Below are positions 25,434 through 38,265 of a stretch of DNA of 64,000 nt, piece after piece. Source of the stretch: Ylistrum balloti (taxonomy: Eukaryota); NCBI RefSeq assembly GCF_031769215.1, contig NW_026781914.1:1-64000 (forward strand). The letters are read 5' to 3'. Under the pieces are notes generated by a model. That model was given only the letters and a program-made list of their open reading frames with translations, did no database searches and had not been told where the DNA came from. Positions within the stretch are counted from its first letter, which is position 1. Every line of letters begins with the position of its first letter. The position numbers were made by a program, and so were the translations under genes.

Positions 25434-28400
25434 CACTGATCTGGGTGGCAAGTGAATTCAGTAGTTTTGATAATGTTACAAAGATCCGTGGAATTCAGAG
25501 TGTGTTTGTAACCAAAAGGATAGACCATCATCTTAAAGCTTCATCAAATAGCTGATGTCTGCATCCTTTTCTATCAACAGTCAGAAATCAAGATTTTACA
25601 AAGGATATATCAAAGATATTGGAAAAAATCGGATGCAGTCATCCCAGGAAAGACAACAATGTCTTTGATATTCTGGAACCAATTTGATTAATGTATAGAC
25701 TATTACCTAATTTTTCTGTGCAATATTTACATGTATTTTAAATTTTAACTTGGATTTTTAGAGAAACATTTGTATATTTTTTTTTTATTTACTTCGAACA
25801 GTATTCTTTACATTGATCTGTACCTGGTAATGAATTTATCATTAAAGAATTTTGTGATAAATTGAAGTAAGAAAGACATAAAGGATTTTGTACATTAGCT
25901 TTTACTATGAAAAGAAATAATCTGAAGCATATTAAGGAAATAGTGAAATAATTGCATATTTAGGATTTTATCATGAATGATTTTTTTAGCATAATAATCA
26001 CTACCTTTTTATGCTCAGTGTCGTATAATTTTGTAAAGAATCAGTTCAATCCATTTTATGTATAAATATTGCCTTCAAATTTTTATAATGAATTTCTAAT
26101 GCTTGTCAATTGAATAGGTCTTATAGATACATTATATTTTTATTCTTTCTAAAATGGAATGATTTAAATAAAGTACTTCAATGAAATCAATTAAATTCAT
26201 ATCTTGTTTCATCAAGTATAGAGTTCAGTGTACACATGATTACATTATTTATACATTGTCAATGAAATGTGTACATTGTGATCAATGTGTTATAATAATT
26301 GTTTATGATAACTTATGCATATTAGAACTTCAGGCTAACATATGGACTCCTTAATAATGTTGGTTCTCTTTCGTAAAAATGATGTTGTCTCCCTATTTTC
26401 TATGTTTATTTTCAATATGATAAACATTTTGGGATTTTTGTCCTTAATGTTATATTTTTAAAATGTTATTGGGAACTATATATAAATTTTGTTGATTATT
26501 TCTGTGTCTAATTATGTGTTAAATAGATTGGAGTATCTTGTGGTATATTGTAATGTCTATGTGTCCATCAGTGCAGATATGAACCCTTACTACAAAGTAA
26601 TCTCCAGAGATCTAGTGCAGATTTAGTTGGTATTACAACATAATGACAGGATTCTATCAGGTTAATACTCATTTAAAGGTGAAATTCCCAAAATACAAAG
26701 TTGGTAATAACATTTTCCAAAACTGCTTTTTTTTCCATTTGATATTTTAGTCTCTTATACAAACACACAAGATTTTAAGTACTGATGTTAGTACACTTAT
26801 TTTAGTTCTAAGACTATAATTTGTGAGGTGACATTGGTATCAGAGTCTATACTTACCGGGATTGTTTTACATTAGATATACAGTCAGTAATGTCCTCCTT
26901 CTGTAAAGCTTTCTGTTGATTTGCTGATTGAACATATTATTTTTATTTTGAAGTAGTCACCAAATGTTTTAGAAAACAAGTTTTCTACTAGATAATAAAC
27001 ATGAACAGTTGTTAAACAGGCTATAACATAAACAATGTTACTAATAGTGACACATCAGTGCTAAATAGTAAAACATTGTTTTTGTATACAAAAGTTAACA
27101 AGTAGGGTTATGAAACAATGTTTCTTAATGCAGTAGTAAAGTAGTAAAATATCGTTAGTTAATAGTAAAACATTGTTGTTAACATAGAAAGGATGTTACT
27201 ACAGGTACATGTAACTAAACAGTATTGCCAGTAGATATATTATCACTACAATATTTTCAACTACGACAGTGAGGCATAAGCGTACAGTAATAAAATATAG
27301 TCACTGTTAGTTGTGCAACAAAGTTGCTTCTTGTCAGTTTCTATTGAAAATTGTCTTCTTTTTTTAAATCAAAGTGTAACTTGGAAACATACATCTGTGA
27401 ATTCTTATAATTGTTGAAATTCCTATAGAATAGGAATGTCTGTGTATATTTCTGTATATGTAAATATTTTTCTCCCTTTTCAAGTAATTTTTTTTTATCT
27501 TTTTAATTGGCATTGCCATTGTCAGAATACACCTGCCACATAATTTTTTGCTGTATTTGACAGTGACGGAAAACAGTTGCATTTTAGCACGTGTATGAAT
27601 TCAACAGAATTACTGTCTGAATTTACTTTGAAAATTTTGTCTAAAATTACGTGGAACTATATTTCTGTGCAAAACAATTATTTTGCGGTACATCAACCAA
27701 AATTCAGCATGCCGTCAACATCAAATTTTGATGGTCATATTTGTGATCAATGTTGTAGGATAAATAGAATGAATACATGGTCAGTGTCTCGGAATATAAG
27801 CTGCATTTTTCTGCTTGGGAGAGAAAGACAAAAGTGGCTCACCAGAAGTTTGTCACCCTCACCAGAATACTGTTTATATTTTAAGACACTGACCTTGTAT
27901 TCTCTATATAGTGGCTATTATATGGCTATGAGGATTTTATTGTATGAAAACCTGGCAGCACATTTCTCTAGCAGTGCTTAGTGAAATATGTTATTGGGAA
28001 CAGTTCATTTATGTTATACATGTAAAGAAGTCAGGATGATTTAAGATGTGTGAAGGTGAATTATGTGTTACGTGCAATTTTGTATATAGTTTCTGTCAGA
28101 TAGCATTATTGTAAGTACATTTGTGTTCTCTAGATCCATTTTGATGTTATGGACAGTCCCAGACTCTACTATTGTTACGATTATACATGTAATGTATAAA
28201 GTGATAAATATTGTAAATCCAAATGTAGCTCCGATACTGTTCTTAATAAACATATTTCACACTTACCATATGTCTATTTTCTTTATCAAAGAACATTCTT
28301 TAGATGATATTCTATAATATGTATATGTAGACAAAATCATTCCATGTTAATCAAGTCTCCAAATTTGAGATCAGAAATACACTGTATTTTATATAATTAT

Positions 28401-28596
28401 TCAGATTAAACTGGTTTTAGTTTTAACCCGAGTTGTGCATCAGTATAAGGATAAAATCCTGTATGGACAAAGGTTTCAGTTTGGGGAGAAAATGTTCAGT
28501 GTGAAGTGTTGAAGAAAATGAAGAAAATTCATCAACTGTGTTCAACATGAGGAATATTTTACATGTATTGAAGAACTGCATTGTCTGGTGTTTCAG

Positions 28597-29036
28597 AACC
28601 ATTTAACGACCCAAACCTTAACTTGATATTGGACAAGAATCATTTGAAGGGAAAGAGGTTGTGGAGGACAGAGGCAAGGTTCAAATGTGACCAATGCAAC
28701 TATACAACCGAACACAAGTACAGGATTAAACGCCATCAACGGATACACAAGGGAGACTACTTCAAATGTGACCTATGTAACAACAAGTTCACGGAGCTGT
28801 GTGAACTACGTGCTCATCGACAGTCTCGACACGAAGGCATCACTGTCAAATGTGAATTGTGTGGTCGGGAGTTTGCCTCCAAATATGCACTGTCGCATCA
28901 CCGCTCCAGCATGCACCCGAACAAATTTTACCGCTGTAATCATTGTGATAAGTCATTTGTGACCATGGGTAAACTTGTTATTCACTTGAAGTCTTACCAC
29001 AATGTTGAAATGGTCCAACATATGAATTTCACGTAA
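28597..29036 (+). CDS. Module 8: terminal exon with four C2H2 fingers
   Basis: ggtgtttcag|AA at 28597 (phase 1). Fingers: FKCDQCNYTTEHKYRIKRHQRIH, CDLC..HRQSRH, CELC..HRSSMH, CNHC..HLKSYH. TAA at 29034-29036. No Met until finger 3. Confidence 0.88.
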
Positions 29037-30619
29037 GTTCAACCATTCAACTGTGATCGTCATTCTAAATGTGGACACCTCCAAAAACAGGATTCTCAAG
29101 AGCGAAACGCTATGTTTCCACAACCAACAGGAAACCTTGATCTCCTCTGTTCAAAGACTATCACATTTGCCAAAACTGACGAGTGCTTTATAGAAAATGG
29201 AGAAAGAAGTGAAAAATTGATGGATTTCTTCATTGTGTTAGATTAAACTACCATATTCAAGGTGAAATTTGTCATACCCTGTGAACTGCAACTGAAAGCG
29301 ACTGGATATATGTATTATTGACGTTTTATCTGTAATGACAGGACATGCTCAGCAGAGCTATGATTCCACTGATAATGAAACTGAGGCTTTATATATTTTT
29401 ATTCTCCTGTTCCGATTCTTCTTCCAATATAAAAACATTTTCTTTGGAAGGGATTCAAATATGTATTTGGAATAACTGACATTGTAACAACACTTCCAAA
29501 TTATAGTAACTTTACTGTGTCAGAATAAGTAAATGGGCAAGTGCCAAAGAGGATTTGTTATCATCACTCTACATGTACCTTAAACAACACATTACCATGA
29601 AGCAGATGTTAGTTTCTCTACTGCTGATTCTTTAATCATGGTTTGTCAAGCTTTTTTAGTAGTTTGTTGGGAGTACTTTTTCAGAATATTCATTTTGATA
29701 TGCTGATGATAAAATTCATTTAGTAAGTGAACTATGTTCATGGTACAGAAGAAAGTCAGCAGATTTATGTCTTCTTCTGTCCTTAGGAAAAGAACAAAGC
29801 CTTTTGCATGGATCTTCGTACATTGTATCATCTTTAGAAAATAAAAGATACCAATCTAATGGAAAAGTGTTGCTGTTGATAATTTTAGATCTGCTCCTAC
29901 GGTCAGAAGTTTCAAACTTGCTTTGTATCACGTTGATCTTAAGCCATTTACTTAAATTGGCTGACAAAAATGACACCAGGTACTCCTCAGCAGCAAATTA
30001 GTGATGACTTCATTAAAATATTTCGTTAAAGTGTCGTATCGATAATCTTAATCAGATTTAGATAATATTCACACATCCTAAATCAGTATTTGTAACTGAC
30101 AAAGGTGACTGTGAAGTTGTAAACTTATGTTAATCTGTTCCATCGCCAATTCAATGTCCTACTTTACTAATGAAAATAAACATCGTAAATGATACTCACA
30201 CGTGCCACTTCTTCATCGGATCAAATGTCATTTTCCTGTATGAAGGTAATGCATTGAAAAGTAAATATTATTATTTGATAGACATGAGCGGAAACAAGAT
30301 TCCTTTACGATAAGTTTGAATAAATTTGACATCATTTTGCTTTATGAGATGTTTAGCTTGAACAATTTAACATACTAAAGCTTAACTTGTTACAGAATCC
30401 AGATACTAAATGCTGTTTTCGACATTTTCTGTGTAAATTTGGGATCACCAAAAATCTTCATTCAAAATGTATTGATGTAAGAATTTGTGGAATAAATCAA
30501 AAGGTGTCTAACTTAGTTGATTTTAGACAATGTAACATAGGCGTCGTCTTGTCTTCAGGTTAGCTTCTTTACGTATCAAGTATTTTCTTTTGCCTCATTG
30601 TGTAGGAATGTTTTTGTTA

Positions 30620-31622
30620 GCTTCGTTGTGTTTGAATGTCTTTGTTAACTTCGTTGTGTTTGAATGTCTTTATTAACTTCGTTGTGTTTGGATGTCTTTG
30701 TCAGCTTCGTTGTGTTAGAATGTCTTTGTTAACTTCGTTGTGTTAGAATGTCTTTATTAACTTCGTTGTGTTTGAATGTCTTTATTAACTTCGTTGTGTT
30801 CGAATGTCTTCGTAGCTTCGTTGTGTTAGAATGTCTTTGTCAGCTTCGTTGTGTTAGAATGTCTTTGTTAACTTCGTTGTGTTTGAATGTCTTTATTAAC
30901 TTCGTTGTGTTAGAATGTCTTTGTTAACTTCGTTGTGTTCGAATGTCTTTATTAACTTAGCTTTGTTGTGTAGAATGTCTTTGTTAGCTTCGTTGTGTTT
31001 GAATGTCTTTGTTAACTTCGTTGTGTTTGAATGTCTTTGTTAACTTCGTTGTGTTTGAATGTCTTTGTTAACTTCGTTGTGTTTGAATGTCTTTGTTAAC
31101 TTCGTTGTGTTCGAATGTCTGTCAGCTTCGTTGTGTTTGAATGACTTTGTTAGCTTTGTTGTGTACGAATGTCTTCGTAGCTTCGTTGTGTTTGAATGTC
31201 TTTGTCAGCTTCGTTGTGTTTGAATGTCTTTGTTAACTTCGTTGTGTTTGAATGTCTTTGTTAATGTCGTCGTGTTTGAATGTCTTTGTTAACTTCGTCG
31301 TGTTTGGATGTCTTTGTTAGCTTCGTTGTGTACGAATGTCTTTGTTAGCTTCGTTGTGTACGAATGTCTTCTTTAGCTTTGTTGTGTACGAATGTCTCTG
31401 TCAGCTTCCTTGTGTTTGAATGACTTTGTTAGCTTTGTTGTGTACGAATGTCTTTGTTAGCTTTGTTGTGTTTGAATGTCTTTGTTAACATTGTTGTGTA
31501 CGAATGTCTTTGTTAACTTCGTTGTTTACGAATGTTTTTGTTAGCTTCGTTATGTACGAATGTATTCGTTAGCTTTGTTGTGTACGCACCTCTTCATTAG
31601 CTTCGTTGTGTACGAATGTCTT
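30620..31622. repeat. 28-bp T/G-rich minisatellite, ~35 copies
   Basis: Unit ttcgttgtgtttgaatgtctttgttaac with point variants; ends ~37 bp before the module 9 acceptor. Confidence 0.97.
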
Positions 31623-31658
31623 CGGATACAGAAGTTGACTGAAATTTTTATATTCCAG

Positions 31659-32089
31659 GCCAGTTCTACGACTATTGCCGCCAAGTCGTAGATGGGCAAG
31701 ACAAGAAAACGGACCCCGTGTTTCCCAGAATGCCATATACCGGAACACCTAACGTTTTCCAGTGTGACAGATGCACGTACACAACCAACGTGAAGTACAG
31801 GATGACGCGTCATCAGAGAATTCACAGTGGAGATTACCTTAAGTGTGACTTGTGTTCAGCAAAGTTCACGGAACCGTGCGAACTCCGAGCCCATCGCCTA
31901 TCTCGACATGAAGGAATATCTGTTGCATGTCCAGTGTGCGGGAAATTATTTCCTTCCAAACATTCTTTGTCCAATCATCGAGCTCAGCAACACCCCAAGA
32001 AGACTTTCACGTGCACCTTCTGCAAGGACAGATCATTTGTGAAACTCGGAAATCTGCAGCACCACATCGACACATTCCACAAATCCTGA
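31659..32089 (+). CDS. Module 9: terminal exon with four C2H2 fingers (paralog of module 8)
   Basis: tttttatattccag|GC at 31659 (phase 1), with an in-frame stop just upstream in the intron. Reads GQFYDYCRQVVDGQDKKTDPVFPRMPY...FQCDRCTYTTNVKYRMTRHQRIH...CTFC..HIDTFHKS*. AATAAA at 32282. Confidence 0.88.
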
Positions 32090-34301
32090 AATACAGGAAA
32101 TACAGTGATATCTGTTCGTAGATCATGTGGTGCTCAAATAACGGGTTTCAATATTGTTTCAAAGTTGAATTGCGGATCTTAGTAAACCAGATTCTTGCAT
32201 CTGAGTTTTTGGTGATGCCAGGGCTGCTGCAAGTCATCTGAAGGACAATCCACACACTGTCATTAATTTTTTTATCACGGCAATAAAGTTTGAAATCCAG
32301 GCTTTTCATTTTATGTATAATCATGATACAGATTTGCACAATAACTTTCTGGCATGGACAAGATATGGAAAGCGGTGCCTTATTTTGACATCATAGACGT
32401 TTTGGTACTTGGAAAACCAAACGGCGAAAAAAGGAAGACAAAATTGCTGGAACGTTTCGAACATTTGCTACCCATGAAATTGCCATATAAATCACTTTAT
32501 CTTTTAGAAATTACCGAATTTCAGCAAAAATGTGATAAAACTAATACCAAGTACTGATTCAAACATAGTACTTAGACATATAAGATATACAATAGGAACA
32601 AATTCCCACATATGATTGTTCATGCAACTCTCGTGCCAGGTTTTACCTTTCTAGAAAAAGAGTAACCTGAACTCGCGTAATGTTGTGTACCACCATCGAT
32701 CAAATAGAATAAAGTTGTTAAATGATTTTGTCGAGATGAGTTAAAGCCTTTTGTTTGTTACAATTCACAGTTTGATTACCGCAATCGATAAGACACTTGG
32801 AATGAGTTGTTTTGTTGATGTAGGCAATCCATTCCTCTTCCCAGAAAAATTTTAAAAAATTAACATGTCAAAACAATACCAGTTACATTAGTAACAAAAC
32901 CATGTACACTGGCATTTCCGATAAAACACCAAAAAAATCCATTTGACAAACACAGTAGTCCTCCGTTTGGTTTATCGGTTTTCCAAAATATGCAGTCGAA
33001 ATATATTTTGCATTAAGTTCACGGTCTTGGATATCAAATCGTTCTAGTTTATTGTATTTAAGCACGATGACCTTCTGCTTGATATTGATAGCTTCTAACG
33101 ATGCTTAATGCTAAAAAAGAATTGAATATTTTGAAAACATTTTCCTTTTCTCGGCTTTCCAGAATGACAGTACCGTTATAATATGGTTTTTGTTTTTATG
33201 CGTCCGTTTGCTTTGACATAGCAGTTATTTTTCGCAAATGAGTGACATCTGTACCCATATCAAAATGGCACTTTTAAGTAATTAAACTTCGATGTTTCGT
33301 GACATAATTATTTTAATTAAGGTTAAGTCATCATTTTATTTAGTAACTTATAATTGGGCCCATTGTAACAAGATTCTGCATAAATTTTCAATTTCATTGC
33401 ATTTTCTCGACTTTAAATGTTTTTTCTGCTTGATAATCCGTCACAGATATATTGTTCATTAATGTACGGTTTAGCAAACAGTGTCGATGTTTTGATAAGC
33501 AAGTATTTGGCAGCAATCTCGATTATCTAAATGGAAGTTATATAAGTGTTTAAAAATCTTAACGGAAGCAGGAAATTAAAGTACAAAGGATAGTTTTTTA
33601 GTTTCGAGGCCTGTTTACTTTTACATTCACCTCGTGTTAAAATCTTAATTTACACCAGAACTTAAGAGGCGTATACAATATTTGCTAGACATGTTCATTT
33701 TACGCTTTAGTATATAACATATAAATCTGCCTGGTTGTTTGCCTTATGGTTCCGTCGTTGTATACCTTGTCATTTAGAAACGTTACATTACTTGCTTTAA
33801 TTGACCAAGATTAACATATCATTGTTTTCGATGAACAGAAGATGCATACCATTTCTCATTTTTTCAGGATTCTCTGTGTAAATCATTCTTTTTGTTTTTG
33901 CCTTAGTTTGATTGAACTTGAGTTTGGATTATGACGTAGTTTATGGTGGTATTTTCTTCTTGCTCTTTTCTCCACCTTTTTCAACAGGATTTTCCCTTGT
34001 AAACATATCGATATTTAGATTTGGTATGACAGTGACGTTCACTTCGGTACAAATACTTCATCAATGGAACCTGGTCTCGACTGTTGTTAACATATAGTTG
34101 ATTCACCACTAGTGGGTCTTTACGGTCGATTGTTAATAGACTGTTTGTCCTGGTGATGGTTCGTGGCTTTTCCAGGTGATTTGCTGTGAATTTTCTTTGA
34201 TTAGAAATTATATCAGAGACCGTGTTTTGATAACTTAACTTTTAAAGATATCCTTGATTACATTTCAATGTTTTGTAGTGTAAAATTTATTTGATTTCCA
34301 G

Positions 34302-34669
34302 GTGTAGGAGAGAGGGGTCCCGCAAGACGAGGCAAAATAAAGTACCAAAGGATATCGCATTGTGCAACTATAGATAAACCGAAGTACGAATGTGACCGTT
34401 GTGACTACAAAACCCAGCTCAAATACCGGATGAGACGTCATCAGAGGATTCACAACGAGGATTTCTTCTACTGTGCGTCGTGTCCTTCAAGATTTACAGA
34501 ACCTTGTCGGCTTTTGGCTCATGTACGGTCACGACATGGTGGTCAAGTTCTCAAATGTGACTTGTGTGGGGCCGTCTTCCCTTCTGACGATGCTTTGAAT
34601 GACCACAAGATGTCTCAACATGCACATGCTCTTGCATTCAAAAACACACTTACATCATTACCACTCTAA
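34302..34669 (+). CDS. Module 10: terminal exon with three C2H2 fingers
   Basis: ttgatttccag|GT at 34302 (phase 1). Reads GVGERGPARRGKIK...YECDRCDYKTQLKYRMRRHQRIH...; the first Met lies inside finger 1, which the ORF track truncates. TAA at 34667-34669. Confidence 0.88.
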
Positions 34670-37083
34670 AATATAGCAATCCAAGATAGTAAAAAGCTCA
34701 TATCAAATATATTTTTCAGTGCCATTAAAGAACATTTTTGTTATTCCTACAAGGAGTTGAATTATATATTTGACATTAAAAATTCTTTGCATCATCCTAT
34801 TATGATACGTAGTCACTTGCATTGTCAAGTATTTTTTCCGGGTTTCACCATATGAGGGACATTTCTAAAAATGTGTGACGAAAGTTTACATACACTTCAT
34901 GGAATTCATCAGTAACACAATGATATTGGCTATTGCTGTTTATTTCCTGTACCAGTGGTTATTTGTTACCAATAACATGGATGTATGACTAATCGGCAAG
35001 ATTTGAACCAGGAAATAGGAAGTAAAGCCGGAAAATCTCTACGTCATTTCACTACATGTAACATACGAGCGTGTAATAAAAAAAAGGTGTCAATTTGATG
35101 TCATTGTATTATATTGCACTATTCCAATTTCTCTTCTACTTTGCTTTCACATCTCATTTGGGATATTTGCCTTTGCCTTGGGACGTTCACCTTGATATAT
35201 GATGTAGTCGGTTTGGAGATTTGCATACACGTAAAATCATTTCAATATTCTGTCAAGACTATGCCACAGAATTCTAGAGGATTTGCCCGTGGGTATTCGT
35301 CGGTTTTTAATCAGGACGAAGAGGAATCCATACAATGAAATGTGGCTATTATTTGTAGTAAACAATAGTGAACTGTGCGATTATAAATATAATAATAATA
35401 TTATAAATAAACAAGTTTTAATTTCAAGTTTGTTTAAGTGAGCTGGAAAGAAATGTTCGAGTAGATAAAACTCGTATGAAACGTAAATTAATGTAATGAT
35501 CTGTTAACACTGTAGCCAAGGTCATGTTGTGGTTGTGTTTTGTTGTTTGCCTGACATCAATTTATAGACATGTATTTTTATTGATTCGGATGAAAGCGTG
35601 CGCGTGATCTTACCCCAGGAAATCCACATAGACGGGCCGATTATTCCATACCCCAAACATCAAAGTTGGATATCACAAATAAAACCTTGGTAACCTGCAG
35701 TTATTCAGCTGTGTCAAGTAATTTTGATATGGTTACTAGGACATAAATAACAGGGTAGTTATGGTGAAGTTTTAATATTGAAAACTTTTTGCGGAAGACA
35801 GTTTTGAAAGTTCTCAATGTAAAGAGTCTGAAGACTTTATTAGTACGACTCAGAATGCATTTGATACCCTTGGAATCACCCAGCAACAATAACAATGTAT
35901 CATAGAAAACGTTCAGATTACTGGCTATCGCCACTTCTCAGGGCTTCAATCTTCCTTCTATCCTTCACCGTTTATTAAGATACTGAAATATTTGCTTTTT
36001 TTCATTTGCAAAATATTAATTCTCGCTATATATTGCAACATGTTTCAACTCCAAGTTCAGTATGTTGTACTGTAAATTGAATTTAGATCAAAGTTTAATG
36101 TTTGATTTTTTGGTAAATTAACGCAATCGCTTATTAGCGCATCCTCAATCATGCTATATATACAAAAAACAGAAATTACAATTATCTCAGTCATATCATT
36201 TCAGCGTGATGAAGTCTTTAATACGATTATCGCTAAAACACGTCAGTATACCATGCTAAAATTGCTTTTATAGGTACCATCGAGTTTTGTGTCGAGTACA
36301 ATATGATTGTAGGGATAGACTCAGCTGGTGGACTTAAATCTCTCGGATTTGCCATAGTCTATTATACCACGTTTGAGTTCATAAGATTGTTTTCGCTGTT
36401 CAGCAGATGTACATGTACTTGATGTTCTTTTTGCATGATCCAATATATTGACAAACTACTAAATTGGTTGAATTAGTGAGTAATGTTCCTGTCTATCAAT
36501 ATATTCACATTTTTTACGCCGATATTAATTTTCTTGTTTCATCTTCAGTGTTTCCATGCTGTAGGTCTCTAACATCACTAACGAGAAGCGAGAAACAGCT
36601 GTTCGTTACTTCTCATATGTTGTCCCATTAGTATCTTTTCATATTTGTAAGTTGCTGTTGGGTGGTGCGTTTTGCGAACAGCTCCACTAAGTTAGATTTT
36701 ATCCGATATCTGAATTGTTTCTCAGTCAGCTCAATACTTAAACGGTAATCATTTCTTAAATTTCCCAATTTTATATTCTTGGTAATTGAAATAGGCGGTC
36801 TGAAGATATCATCATGTTGTATGTCGTGTGCACAAAACTAGAGCGCCTAACATTGCATCACATTCTTCACAAGGAGCCATGATGTATTATGAATATGCCA
36901 AGCAATTAAGTGATGTCATTGTACATGCAGCCGCGTGTCAAAAGAAAACTAAATCTGTTGACATTAGCAATCATAAAAAGTTATATTGGATGACATTGTC
37001 ACAATGGAGTACTTCAATGGTTGGTGAAAGTGAAAGTCTGAGTAGGAAGATATTTCATAATATTTTCTTTCGCTTATTTTCAG

Positions 37084-37466
37084 GAAGACAATTCAGGGGA
37101 GCAAAACCAGGTCCCAAACGAGGTAAAATGAAGAACCGGGGAATGTTACGTGGTACTACAGTATATAGACCAGGACAAATGTACGAGTGTGACCAGTGTG
37201 AATATAAAACCCAGGTCAAATACAGAATGCAGCGCCACCAACGAATACATAACGGGGATTTCATCTATTGTAACCATTGTCCATCTCGCTTTACAGAACC
37301 GTGTCGGCTTCTAGCTCACGTGCGATTACGGCATGGTGGTCAAGTGGTCAAGTGTGAACTGTGCGGAGCGGTGTTCCCTTCGGACGATGCTTTGAACGAC
37401 CACAATATGCTACAGCACGCACGAGTACTCACATTCTGTAGCCCGCGCAAACCTAAGCCACCCTAA
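37084..37466 (+). CDS. Module 11: terminal exon with three C2H2 fingers (close paralog of module 10)
   Basis: ttttctttcgcttattttcag|GA at 37084 (phase 1). Hand count: 67/80 aa identical to module 10 across the finger region. TAA at 37464-37466. Confidence 0.88.
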
Positions 37467-38265
37467 AGTGTGCAAAGTAGGACGGAAGTATCAATCACCA
37501 TAGTGTCTTTCTTGGGATTTACATTTGTACGATAAAAACCACAAATGTATTTTATGATTTCCCACACTTTCACTTAAAATTAAATGATAGATATTTTTTT
37601 CAAATCAGACATATGAACAGTCATCATTAATTTGATTACAGATAATACCTTGATTAGAATTAATTATTTGATGAAAACATGGAGCCAATTTATTACACAA
37701 TAATGAAACACAAGTGCATACATTTTCTTTCTCGTTTTGAAACACTTCGGATAGTTTTGATATTGCTAGTTACAGTTACTGTAGAGCGTGTCTTATGACA
37801 TATACTGTGGATGCACCATTTATCAGCGCGCTTATTGATAAATATTTGAGTATGTTTAAGGTTTTCGCCAAGTAAGCTTTCTTTTTGTAGATGTCATTGA
37901 TTTCTGATATCTTTGATGTTGATCATGAAGATCAAAACTAGTTACTATGGTGTTGACATAATTTTGACTTTTGTTGATTTAAATCACTTAATCTTTATCA
38001 TGTTTATTCTGAGAAAATTACATTCCTACTTCCTCACTTTTCTGGAGTTATCAATTTACTGCCAGGAAATAATGTTTCTCCACGACACAATTCTATTGTA
38101 ATATAATTACTCCATGGATAAAATTGCATATCACAATTAATAGGTTGAATCAGTGCTTTTTGTTTGTTAGAAGGGTGATTCTCTTAGTTAAGCTTTATTG
38201 TACTTTTCTCGTTCTTATTTTCGTTGTGAATATACTGGGGTCATTATGTACCTGATTCACAATAT

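Noticed and set aside
27577-27981. 134-aa ORF with HICDQC and YENLAAH as another finger module
   Set aside because: No complete finger and no phase-1 acceptor found; at most a heavily decayed relic.
33900-34240. ~85-codon open frame on the minus strand before module 10
   Set aside because: No start codon, splice signals or recognisable motif.
36828-37083. 5' extension of the module 11 ORF, and similar TTG/GTG-started extensions at 9508, 15446, 19440, 25038, 28581 and 60005
   Set aside because: These run through pyrimidine tracts and acceptors and are best read as intron sequence that happens to be open.
2992-37466. Trans-splicing as in mod(mdg4)/lola
   Set aside because: All modules seen are on one strand, so cis-splicing is sufficient; nothing in the window demands trans-splicing.
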